64,000 nt of DNA, taken from positions 75,144,001-75,208,000 of the forward strand of contig CM069137.1 of NCBI GenBank assembly GCA_035221665.1, written 5' to 3'. This document shows positions 51,348-63,120 of the stretch, in pieces (position 1 is the first letter of the stretch; every line of letters starts with the position of its first letter). Below the pieces are notes generated by a model, which was not told the origin of the DNA, ran no database searches, and was given only the letters and a program-made list of their open reading frames with translations. Source of the stretch: Okamejei kenojei. Taxonomy: Eukaryota. A program made the position numbers and the translations under genes.

Positions 51348-51666
51348 GTATCTGCCTATTTGGACACACTTAAAATAACTTCTGTTACTATTTAGGTGTA
51401 TTGTCCTAGTTCTTAATCATCCATTATCAGAATTAAAAGATATATTTCTGAGAAAAGGCAGCAAAAGCAAAAGGTTCATTAAATTAATTTGGGCTAATTA
51501 CTGCCCAATCAGTTAGCAAAGTGATAAAAGTTTTAATGAAACTATGCAATTCAGGTGGCAATATCGAACCATTAGCTTACTGATGCACACTTTGAGTTTT
51601 GCCAGGACCAAATCTCATCGCAGCCTTTAACCGAGCATGGACCAAAGAGTTAAATTTCAGATGATG

Positions 51667-52300
51667 ATAGAAACATAGAAACATAGAAATTAGGTGCAGG
51701 AGTAGGCCATTCGGCCCTTCGAGCCTGCACCTCCATTCAATATGATCATGGCTGATCATCCAACTCAGTATCCCGTACCTGCCTTCTCTCCATACCCTCT
51801 GATCCCCTTAGCCACAAGGGCCACATCTAACTCCCTCTTAAATATAGCCAATGAACTGGCCTCAACTACCCTCTGTGGCAGAGAGTTCCAGAGACTCACC
51901 ACTCTCTGTGTGAAAAAAGTCTTTCTCATCACGGTCTTAAAGGATTTCCCCCTTATCCTTAAGCTGTGACCCCTTGTCCTGGACTTCCCCAACATCGGGA
52001 ACAATCTTCCTGCATGTAGCCTGTCCAACCCCTTAAGAATTTTGTAAGTTTCTATAAGATCCCCTCTCAATCTCCTAAATTCTAGAGAGTATAAACCGAG
52101 TCTATCTTCATAAGAGTCCTGACATCCCAGGAATCAGTATGGTGAACCTTCTCTGCACTCCCTCTATGGCAATAATGTCCTTCCTCAGATTTGGAGACCA
52201 AAACTGTACGCAATACTCCAGGTGTGGTCTCACCAAGACCCTGTACAACTGAAGTAGAACCTCCCTGCTCCTATACTCAAATCCTTTTGCTATGAAAAGG
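51667..52300 (-). mobile_element. CR1 LINE 3' end (5'-truncated)
   Basis: MRGDLIETYKIL..SRTRGHSLRI..FFTQRVVSLWNSLP (CR1 ORF2 C-terminus), (ATAGAAAC)n tail; possible TSD ATGATGATA at 51661-51669 and 52302-52310. Confidence 0.93.
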
Positions 52301-52809
52301 TATGATGATACTTTATTGTATCATGTACCCATGTAACTGGTACAGCGAAAAAATAGTTTTGCATACAACCCAGTAAAATCATTCCATAGATAAGCACAAT
52401 TATAGATCAGTACAAAAGTGCATTGAAATGTACTGTAAAAGTAGACTTCACCAAGACAGTACACAAAGAGAGGTCACGTTACTGGTGCCCACAGAGTTTA
52501 AAAGTTCTTAAGAGTGCGGTCTTCTCTTGGCCTTTAAGGCCTTGGCGGCACCCTGATCCTGTACTCCATCTGCTGCCATCTTGAAACCGGGCCTTTGTCC
52601 AGCGTCTGCCGCCGTTGCCAACTCCCTCCTCCCCAGTCTTCAGGGTCAAGCAGGAAGATGAGCCTTGGATGACTCCAGTTGGGTTTCTGGTTCCATGGCA
52701 GGTGAGCCAGCCCCACTGTCCCGGTATGGCCGCCCCTTGCCTCGAGCTTCTGCCGCCCCATGCAGCTTGCCGACCTCCAGGATTCAAGGCCCAGTTCTGG
52801 ACCAAGCGT

Positions 52810-52872
52810 TTGAAGAAGAGTCTCGACCCGAAACAACACCTATCCATGTTCTCCAGAGATGCTGCCTGGCCT
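52810..52872 (+). mobile_element. Degenerate PLE-terminal-repeat-derived element
   Basis: TTGAAGAAGAGTCTCGACCCGAAAC...CTCCAGAGATGCTGCCTGGCC. Confidence 0.75.
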
Positions 52873-54611
52873 GAGAGTGATGGTCCATGGTATTACGGTA
52901 GCATTTGACTAAGTGTGCCATCAAGAAACTCCTACAAACCAGTCATCAATTGATTTCAATAAAATGCAATGACTGGAGTCATATGTGGTTGTGCTCACTG
53001 AAGGTTAATCATTCCCAGAACATCACTGCAGGAGGTCCTCAGAACAGTCTCTTAATCCCAACCATCTTCAGCTGCTTCGATTATCTTCCTGTCAACATAA
53101 GATCAGAAGCAGGGATGATTCCATAATGTGTGATTTCATTTGCATGCCCTTCATGCAAAAGCAGACAAGCAGAAAACCTGGGCAATATATTTATTCAAGC
53201 TGATGAGCAGTAAGAAACATTTATTACACAGAAGTGCCAGCCATTAAGAGAAATTCTAATATCCTGCCCTTGACATTCAGTGGTATTACCAATGTGACGA
53301 CCCAACCAACGATGTTACAATAGAAGATGAGAGTCTGGATATTTAGGGATGGCACAGTGGTGCAGCAGTAGAGTTCCTTCCAACATTAGCTGCAATGTGT
53401 ACCAATTACAAAGTGAATTGCAGGAATTTGCCTACACTACACCAATAGCACCGGAGGCATGAAAACAGCAGCACATATTCCTCTAATGGATCATCCTGAC
53501 TTGGAAATGTAGCACTATTCCTTCATCATCACAAGGTTAAAATCCTGCAACTCCCTACAAATGGATTGTAGTGATAAGATGCTGGCATGTTCTCAATGTA
53601 GATGGGCAATGTAGACTTTGCTGGTGATACGTTGAAAACTAAAATTAGGAATAAATAAAATATAAGAGATTACAGCTAATATCAAAGAGTAGATTAAAAG
53701 ATATGGGCTTTTTAAAATTGCAGCCATCTAAGTTATTTTGGGTTCAGATGTTCTGTCAGAAATTGCAATTTGCTCTCTACTCAGGGTAGTGGATAATACT
53801 TCAGCATATTCAGTTCAAAGTAGCTCAAATGCATGATTGAGAACAAACCAGATGACCTTTACTATCTCATCCCAAGCTACTTTTTCCCTTCTGACAGCTA
53901 ATGATCAAGCAATGGTAGACTTAAAAAGAAAACAGAAATGGATAATTACATTACCGTTATATTCTGCTTGCAAAACAATATAATCTCATTACCATCCGCT
54001 CTATATTAGTGCTGCAATCTGACTATTTGATTTGTGCACAAAGGCTGGAATGTGAAAAATTAGTCCCTTTGATTTATAAATCAGGAAAATCTGATAACGT
54101 ATAGAAAACAAAGTTGGACACAGGCATGGATGAATTTTTCAGGTTGCACTTTTTAGATTAGTTTGTTTTTTCATTAGTGTTCAATAACATGGGAATATCA
54201 GTTCTTAACTCAGTCTCTGTAATCCATCAGCAGTAATTACAAACTAATTCTAGCATTAATTATTTCTTTAACAAAATCTTCATTTTCTTTTAATCCTACG
54301 AACTGTTTCTTGCTCCATTTCGGTCTTTGCTTTTTCATTACTGTCATGTTATTGACTTGCATATCCAAGCAAATGGATCTGACAATCACGAGCATTTTAA
54401 AAGAATACTTAAAATAAAATGAATGAAAACATGACTTCTACACAGTTACTATCTTATTCACTCATTTATTTTTAAGATGTGGACATCACTGGCAGTACCA
54501 GTGTCTATACTATTACTGAAAGTCTCATCTTGTCCACTTCCTGTCTATGTTGTAAATACATTTTAGAAAAAACACTACCTTATATCGCTATGATTTTTTT
54601 CCCCAAAATTG

Positions 54612-55515
54612 GCTTCTCCAATTTCAGGTAGTCCTTGCTTTCACCCTCCTTCCCTTCAAATTCCCAGCTCTCCCACAGCCTGTCTCACTTCTTCCTTTCT
54701 TTTTCCCAACTCCTCCCCCCCGACATCAGTCTGAAGAAGGGTCTCGACCCGAAACATTGCCTATTCCTTCGCTCCATAGATGCAGCCTCACCCGCTGATT
54801 TTCTCCAGCTTTGTCTACCAACGGGATCCCACCACTGGCCACATCTTCCCATCTCCTCCCGTCAGCTTTCCACAGAGACTGCTCCCTCCATAACTCCCTG
54901 GTCAATTCGTCCCTTCCCACATAAACCACCCCCTCTCCTTGCAACCGCAGGAAATGCCGCTTTACCTCCCCCCTTGACTCCATTCAAGGACCCAAGCAGT
55001 CTTTCCAGGTACGGCAGACGTTCACCTGCATCTCCTCCAACCTCATCTATTGCATCCGCTGCTCTAGATGTCAGCTGATCTACATCAATGAGACCAATCG
55101 TAGGTTTGGCGATCGTTTCAACAAACACCTCCGCTCGGTCCGCATTCACCAACCTGATCTCCCTGTGGCTCTGCACTTCAACTCCCCCTCCCATTCCGAA
55201 TCCGACCTTTCAGTCCTGAGCCTCCTCCATGGCCAGAGTGAACATCACCGGAAATTGGAGGAGCAGCACCTCATATTCCGCTTGGGCAGTTTGCACCCTA
55301 GCGGCATGAACATTGACTTCTCTAATTTCCAGTAGCCCTTATTGTTTCCTCCCCTTCTCAGCTCTCCCTCAACCCTCTGGCTCCTCCTCTTCCTTGCTTC
55401 TTCCCGCCCCCCCACCCAACATCAGCCTGAAGGGTTTTGGCTCAAAAGGTTGCCTATTTACTTCGCTCCATAGATGCTGCCACACCTGCTGAGTTTCTCC
55501 AGCACTTTTGTCTAG
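54612..55515 (+). mobile_element. Penelope-like retroelement relic: terminal repeat - GIY-YIG endonuclease 3' ORF fragment - terminal repeat
   Basis: Direct repeats starting CTTCTC(C/T)AATTTC at ~54613 and ~55317, each ending in the hammerhead-bearing tail; the interior is homologous to the FTCTSSNLIYC..YIGET GIY-YIG region at 61372-61689. Confidence 0.88.
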
Positions 55516-56353
55516 CTGAAATCTAAAGAATGGTCTCTTCCTTTCTTGAATGACCCGAAATGTCACCCAATTTCTTCTATCCAGAGATGCTGGCTGCTCC
55601 ATGGAGTTCCCCTGCAGAATTAAAGCATGGAATAGTCTCCACCCTACTATAGGTACCCAACCAGACGCAATTAAATTTAAGGTAGCTCTCTTTTTCTCCA
55701 AGAATCCTTTATTGCTTAAGTCCATGTCAAGAGTCAAGAGAGTTTTATTGTCATGTGTCCCAGATAGGACAATGAAATTCTTGCTTGCTGCAGCACAACA
55801 GAATATGTAAACATAATACAGAATAGAAGATAAAATTTCAGTGTGTCTATACACCATAGACTATATATATATACACACATATATACACACACACAATAAA
55901 TAAACAGATAAAATGCAATAGGCTGTTATTTTTCAGTTTGGAGTTTGGTGGTGGTGAGTCCACTCCTGTTTCAATTCCATTTCGAATATTTTTGGAGGAC
56001 CAGTAAACCAAGAAGCAAGAGTTACTCCAAGGAGTTACTCCAGCTCCAGCGAGTGATTCTGTGTTGGTTTTCAGCGGTCGCGGCGAGGCAGCGACCGGAC
56101 AGCACTGGCGGCCAGATCTCCCACAATGCAAAGGGAGGGAGAAAGTGGCCGCCTCCGACCAGTTGCAGTGGCAGTGCGCGTGTGTAGGGCGGCATATGTC
56201 ATAACCATGGCCGATGATGTGCTGGCCAAAGATCCTCACTATGTGGAGGGGGAAGATGTGCAGGCCGTGGCAGTGTGCATATGTAAGGCGGCCTGCCGTG
56301 CTGGCGGATGAGGAGAGAGCGGAGAGCCGAGACCCGGACACGGGTGGCAGGCT

Positions 56354-56389
<36 letters not shown>

Positions 56390-56576
56390 GAGAGAGAGAT
56401 ATATATACACATACATACACTGAGGGGGCCCACTCAGAATTAAACGATAGGTGTCCAGGGTGTTTGCCAAGCTGTGCAACATGGCATGGCTTTTAGGTTG
56501 CCCAGTGGGACTGTAGGTTGCCATTGGCAACCGGGCAACCGCTAATTTCGAGCTCTGTATTTCTCTCACGATTTTG

Positions 56577-58326
56577 TATACATCCTCCTGCGCTCCATGG
56601 AATAGAGACCCAGCCTACTCAACCTCTCCCTATAGCTCACACCCTCTAGTCCTGGCAACATCCTCGAAAATCTTTTCTGAACCCTTTCAAGCTTGACAAT
56701 ATCTTTCCTATAACATGGTGCCCAGAACTGAACACAATATTCTAAATGCGGTCTCACCAACATCTTATACAACTGCAACATGACCTTCCAATTTCTATAC
56801 TCAATACTCTGACTGATGAAGGCCAAAATGCCAAAAGCCATTTTGACCACCTTATCTACCTGTGACTCAGCCTTCAAGGAACCATGCACCTGTACTCCTA
56901 GATCCCTCTGCTCTACAACACTACCCAGAGGCCTACCATTTACTGTGTAGGTCCTGCCATTGTTCGATGTCCCAAAATGCAACACCTCACACTTCTCTGT
57001 ATTAAATTCCATCAGCCATTCCTCCACCCACCTGGCCAATCGATCCAGATCCTGCTGCAATCGTTCACAACCATCTTCACTATCTGCAAAACTACTAACT
57101 TTCGTATCATCAGCAAACTTGCAAATTTTGCCCTGTATGTTCACATCCAAATCATTGATGTAGATGACAAACAGTAACAGGCCCAGCACCGAACCCTAAG
57201 GCACACCACTAGTCACTGTCCTCCAGTCTGAGAAGCAACCTTCCACCGTCACCCTCTACTTCCTTCCATGGAACCAATTTGCTATCCATTCGGCGATCTC
57301 TCCTTGGATCCCATGCGATCTAACCATCCAGAGCAGCCTACCATGCGGAACCTTGACGAACGCCTTACTGAAGTCCAAGTACACAACATCTACAGCTCTA
57401 GACTCATCAACCTTTTTGGTCACGTCTTCAAAAAAAAATCAATCAGATTTGTGAGACACGACCTCCCATGTACAAAACCATGCTGACTGTCCATAAACAG
57501 TCCGTGACCATCCAAATGCCTGTATATCCTATCCCTCAGAATACTCAGTAACTTACCAACTATAGATGTTAAGCTCATCGGCCTATAGTTCCCAGCATTT
57601 TCTCTGCATCCCTTCTTGAAAAGATGCACGACATTTGCCACCCTCCATTCTTCCGGCACCTCTCCTGTATTTAAGGACCACTCAAATTTCAACCAGGGCT
57701 CCCGCAATTTCCTCTCTAGTTTCCCGCAAAGTCCTCGGATATATTTGATCAGACCCTGGAGATTTGTCTACCTTCAAACACGACAGTACCTGCAGTACTT
57801 CTTTGATGGTAACCCTGACTGCTCTCAAGACACTTCCAGTACTGCTCCAATTTCCACCGTCCTACAATCTTTCTCTTCAGTAAATACAGAGGAGAAATAC
57901 TCATTTAGGACCTTGCCCATCTCCTATGGCTCCACACAGAGGTAACCGTTTTGATTCCTGAGGTCCCAGTAACCCATTTCCCCCTTAAGTATTTATAAAA
58001 TCTTTTGGGATTGTCCTTAATGATACCCGCCGGAGCTATCTCCTTTTTTAGTTTATACCTTAGTTCCCGAAACTCCTACAGGGATGCACTTGATCCCAGC
58101 TGCCACTCCCTGTCCCTGGCATCCTTCTTGCTTTTGACTAATGTCTCAATTTCCCTCGTCAGCCAAGCTTCCTTACGTTTGCCGGCTTTGCCCTTCAATC
58201 TAACGGGAACATACACATCCTGGGCTTTCTTCAGTACACTTTGAAAAACATCCCACTTGGCTGATGTTTATTTCCCCTCAAATAACCTGCTCCAGACAAC
58301 TTGAGCGAGACCTTCTCTCATACCCT
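56577..58326 (-). mobile_element. CR1 LINE ORF2 (reverse transcriptase) fragment, degenerate
   Basis: [71 protein letters not shown]; frameshifts and stops present. Confidence 0.95.
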
Positions 58327-58329
58327 CAA

Positions 58330-58854
58330 GGCCTGTCCCACTTTCTTGACTTAATCCAAAACCTCTGCCGAGTTTAAAGGACTTAAAAAAAAATATTTCA
58401 AGATTTTGGTAATCTACAAACTCCTATGACCTTCCACGAATTTGCTCACGAACTGGAGTGACAGAGGTCACGTGGTGTTGACTTAAGCTTTTTTTTCACT
58501 CACCTTTTTTTCCTCTGTCCAGTTGCCGAGCTACGAGTACCCATGAATATCTAAGAGTACCCACGACACCCTCACGGCCTACTACTGTCTGCCCCCGAAC
58601 TAACTATGAGTAAAAAGTTGCAATTTCTTTCATCCCAACTTTTTTTTTACTCGTGGACATTTTTCATCAGGCTGGAAAAAACATCCCGACTTACCTGATG
58701 CACCGAGTACCTCTACGGCTAGCATAACGAGCCGCTACGATATATCTATGAACTTCTATGGCCTCCTACAGACTCGTTACGAACATTCTGCGAGTTTGAA
58801 TCAGGGGAAAACTCGGGAGAATTCATGAATTACCTCGTGAAAGTGGGACAGGCC
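58330..58854. mobile_element. Non-autonomous DNA transposon (MITE), PIF/Harbinger-like
   Basis: Perfect 16-bp terminal inverted repeats GGCCTGTCCCACTTTC (58330-58345) / GAAAGTGGGACAGGCC (58839-58854), no ORF; CAA/TAA-like flanks. Superfamily inferred. Confidence 0.82.
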
Positions 58855-59194
58855 CGTAAGAGCACCTTCAGGGTTGCTAATTATGGTTCTCAGCATTGTC
58901 TTTGGTGCACCAGCACAGCCTCTGGCCAACTGAGGAAAAACATGTTTATTTTCACGACTTAAAACCTGACGCAGAACCTACGGTCTACTCAACAGCAATG
59001 ATGGTTGCCTTCCTACATGGTCTGAGACTTTATTTACAGCAGATATTTCAAAGCAATGGAGAGATACCATCGATTAATTATTTTTCCACATAACTGTGCA
59101 TTAGCAGATTAAGTGAACCAGATCAACATCCTTTCCTGGTATCTAAATATTTTTGACAAACCACATAATCTCCAGTGTAGAAATAAATTTTGCA

Positions 59195-59912
59195 ACCAGT
59201 GGATTTTCACAGGGATCTATGCTGGTATCGCTGTTATTTATGATATATACAAATGAATTGGACAAAAATGTAGATGCATTGGTTATTAAGTTTACAGATG
59301 ACACCAACCTTAAAGTGGCAGCACATGTAAATAGATTGGTATTGAAGGTATACCGTACACCAAAGATAGACACAAAAAGCCGAAGTAACTCAGCAGGTTA
59401 GGCAGCATCTCTAGAGAAAAGGAATAGGTGACGTTTTGCATTGAGACCCTTCTTTAGACAATTAATTATTAGCATTTATTTTGCCTGAAACATCAGACAT
59501 TGAGCACCTGATAGAAGTATATAAAATTATGAGGTGTAGATAGGTAGACAGTCATAACCGTTTTTTCAAGGTATAAATTAAAAAGACAGTGACATTCTTA
59601 CTTGCAGCAGATGATGGATGTATGGAACAAACTGCGAGACGAGGTAGTTGATGCAGGAATCAACATTTAAGAAACATTTAGACAGGTACATGGCTAGGAC
59701 AGGTTTGGAGGGATATGGACCAAATGCTGGCATGTGGGGACTGGTCTGAAGAAGGGTCTCGACCAGAAACGTCGCCTATCTCCTTCGCTCCTTAGATGCT
59801 GCTGCACCCGCTGAGTTTCTCCAGCCTTTTGTGTACCGTCGCTGGGACATTGTTGGCCGGTGTGTGAAAGTTGGACGGAAGGGCCTGTTTCCACACTGTG
59901 TCACTCTATAAC
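59195..59912 (+). mobile_element. Degenerate CR1 fragments interrupted by two PLE-derived short elements (minus ~59365-59458; plus ~59745-59838)
   Basis: QGSMLVSLLFMIYTNELD..KFTDDT RT relic and CR1 3' end GGAAGGGCCTGTTTCCACACTGT, with inserted repeat copies. Confidence 0.75.
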
Positions 59913-59959
59913 AGATAAGTGGACACCATAACAAAAAGTGTATTTATGGAACACGACCC

Positions 59960-60420
59960 CAGCTTACGGAAGTACCGATAACAGAGGGAAAGACGTCTTC
60001 TTGCATGGTTACCGAGAGCATCTTTTATGGCGTTGGTCACGGGGCTCGACGCAGCGTCGTCAGCCGCCGCCGCCCAGCGGGTGCACTGCGCAAGCGCGCC
60101 TGGCCGCTGCTGGGCCGGAAGTGGGCGGACGGTCGCGCGGCGCCGGTGACGTTGTGCGTGTGCGTGCGCGCGCGAGAGAGAGAGCCGTTGTCGCTGAGCC
60201 TCAACCGTTGGCCCGAAGTTGACGAGTGACGACATGTCAATGGCGACCGACGCCTTCGTTAACCAGATGGCAGGTAATGACTTCCGAGCCGCTCATGATC
60301 GCGAGGGGGAATCAGAGTAGCTGCGGCGGGTAGTTTGGGCCCGGACCGAGGGTGCAACAGGTGGACTCGGAGCAGCGCTGGTTGCGCCGCCGCCGCCGCC
60401 CCCGCCGCTCGCGAGAACAG
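59960..60420 (+). promoter_or_regulatory. CpG-island promoter of mtx2 (NRF1-like TGCGCAAGCGCG 60087-60098, ETS/GABP CCGGAAGT 60115-60122, GC box 60123-60128)
   Basis: High GC and CpG density around the ATG; motifs typical of nuclear-encoded mitochondrial gene promoters. Confidence 0.8.
60234..60273 (+). CDS. mtx2: Metaxin-2, first coding exon (MSMATDAFVNQMA, phase-1 donor); remainder beyond the window or not recognised
   Basis: ATGTCAATGGCGACCGACGCCTTCGTTAACCAGATGGCAG|GTAATG; peptide resembles the MTX2 N-terminus MSLVAEAFVSQIA; lies in a CpG island 3' of HoxD1, the conserved position of Mtx2. Confidence 0.85.
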
Positions 60421-61190
60421 CTACTGTGTGGGGCAAAGGTCCAAAAGGATATTTGATGTGCAGTGTCGTTAATTCCCCAACAAGAGTGCACACCCCTTAT
60501 CAACAAACATTATAGCTCCTCTATAATCTTTGCTTATCACCTCCCAATGATAGGGTCAGGGTGTCAATGCTTTCAGTAGTCACAAGAGATGTTGGAATTC
60601 AAAGCAAAACTGCTGTAGGAACTCAGCATGCCGAGCCCTACAAGTAAAGGGATGCTCGGGGCTCTACATCATCCACCAACTTGCACCTGCCTACTGGTTC
60701 TCCTGACCTCTCTCAAACTGCCCATCATATATGGTTTCGCTGAGCACCGTCCTTCTCCGATTCTAGCCTCTGCAGTCTCTTCTGTTCCCACTTATCACCC
60801 TCTGGACTGTCTCTGCCTCCACCCGTCCCTACTGTATTTGCACCCTCTTTTTCTCTCTCGTTTTCTGTTTCCGCCAGCCTTTAACTCCCAACATCATGCT
60901 GTGGACAGAAATAATTCACATGGACTCTGGGGTTTATCATTGGAAAAAAATCCTTTATTACAAGTTTGCCTGTTTGGGCATATCCAACCTGTCCTAAGGA
61001 AGATCCAAAGTGTATTTTATTTTATGCATTTCTTTATTCTCTTCTCTCCATTATCACTACCCTGTTTCAGATGTGAGTACATATGAGCTGAATTTGTTTT
61101 GCGGTTCTATGCTCTAATGCACTTGGGGCTACGTAAGCTGTGTAAAATCCAGTTTTTACCAGGTATACACAATGATAAGGTACACATAAA

Positions 61191-62540
61191 TGCTGGAGAA
61201 ACTCAGCGGGTGCAGCAGCATCTATGGAGCGAAGGAAATAGGCAAAGTTTCGGGCCGAAACCCTTCTTCAGACTGATAGGGGGTGGGGGGAGGCGGGGAG
61301 AAGAAAGGAAAAAGGAGGAGGAGGAGCCCGAGGGCTGAGGGAGAGGTAGGAAGGGGAGGAGACAACAAGGGTTAACAGAATTGTGAGAAATCAATGTTCA
61401 TGCCACCAGGATGCAGACTCCCCAAGCGGAATATGAGGTACTGTTCCTCCAATTTCCAGTGTTGCTCACTCTGGCCGTGGAGGAGGCCCAGGTCGGATAC
61501 GGAATGGGAGGGGGAGTTGAAATGCTGAGCCACCGGGAGGTCAGGTTGGTTAATGCGGACCGAGTGGAGGTGTTCGGCGAAACGATCGCCAAGCCTATGC
61601 TTGGTCTCACCGATATAGATCAGCTGACATCTAGAGCAGCGGGTGCAATAGATGAGGTTGGAGGAGGTGCAGGTGAACCTCTGTCGCACCTGGAACGACT
61701 GTTTGGGTCCTTGAATGGAGTCGAGGGGGGAGGTAAAGCGACAAGTGTAGCATCTCTTGCGGTTGCAAGGGAAAGTGTCCGTGGAAAGGGTGGAGCGGGA
61801 GGGAAGGGAAGAATTGACAAGGGAGTTACGGAAGGATATGGTCTTTGCAGAAGGCAGACGGGGGGCGATGGGAAGATGTGGCGAGTGGTGGGGTCACGTT
61901 GGAGGTGGTGGCTAATGGGGTGAAAGGTGAGGACCAGGGGGACTCTGCCCTTGTTGAGAATGGGGGGATGGGGAGAGAGAACAGTGTTACGGGGTATGGA
62001 GGAGACCCTGGTGCGAGCCTCATCTATAGTGGGGGAGGGGAACCCCCGTTCCGTGAAGAATGAGGACATTTGCGATGCCCTGGTGTGGAACACCTCATCC
62101 TGGGAGCAGATGCGGCGTAGACAGAGGAATTGGGAATAGGGGATGGAGTCCTTACAGGAAGCAAGATGGGAGGAAGAGTAGTCAAGATAGCCGTGGGAGT
62201 CAGTGGGTTTACAGTGGATGTCGGTCAGACGTCCATCACCTGCAATGGAGATAGTGAGGTCAAGGAATGGTATGGAAGTGTCAGAAATGGTCCAGGTGTA
62301 TTTGAGTGCCGGATGGAAGTTAGTGGTGAAGCGGATGAAGTCAGTCAGTTGTGTGTGGGTGCAGGAGGTGGAACCAAAGCAATCGTCGATGTAGCGGAGG
62401 TAGAGGTCAGGGATGGGGCCCTGGTACGCCTCGAACAAGGATTGTTCGACGTACCCGACAAAGAGCAGGCGTAGCTGGGGCCCATGCGTGCGCCCAAAGC
62501 TACGCCTTGTATTTGGAGGAAATGGGAGGAGTCAAATGGT
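61191..62540 (-). mobile_element. Penelope-like retroelement relic (RT C-terminal half + GIY-YIG endonuclease + terminal repeat) in mtx2 intron 1
   Basis: GVALGARMGPSYAC, YLRYIDD, IPFLDL, CKDSIPYSQF (PLE RT); FTCTSSNLIYCTRCSRCQLIYIGETKHRLGDRFAEH (GIY-YIG); frameshifted; terminal repeat with hammerhead core at 61244-61271. Confidence 0.93.
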
Positions 62541-62875
62541 GATTTATACACAATGGTAAATTCTTCCATGGAGTCTGATTACTGGTTACTATGCATGGAT
62601 TCACTTTAGTTCATTATTACCTTAAAAATGGTGAGACTGATATTATCCAGTTTCAACCAGTTTTCAGTGAGCCCCATCACCCAGCCTTGCGAATCATCCC
62701 ACTCTCTACCTTATCCCATTGTGTCCCCATAAATATTCCTCCGGCTCCCCCACCTGGCTCAATACAATAAAGTATTCATTCATTCATATACCCATAAACG
62801 CACTTCTCACCTGCCAGTCCTTGCATCACTCACCCTTTCACCTTTTAACACTGGCTATCTCCCATCCACGCCTCA

Positions 62876-63120
62876 ATCCTGGCAAAGGGTCATGACCTGA
62901 AATGTTGACTATCCCTTGGCCTCAGAGTTCCTGCTTGACCTTTTGAGTTCTTCCAGTAGTTTGCTTTGAGGTTTAGGTTTATTATTGCCATGTGCACTGA
63001 GGTACAGTGAAAAGCTTTGGTTTGTTTGCTATCCAAACAGATCAGGTAACATACTATACATAAATGAAATCAAGCCAAGCTTAAGCATAGTACATGGAGC
63101 AAAGGAAAAAATACAGAGTA
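62876..63120. mobile_element. Degenerate PLE-derived element (plus, ~62876-62968) abutting a minus-strand LINE/SINE tail (~62970-63120)
   Basis: CTGGCAAAGGGTCATGACCTGAAATGTTGAC..TGAGTTCTTCCAG; GGTTTATTATTGCCATGTGCACTGAGGTACAGTGAAAAGCTT. Confidence 0.65.
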
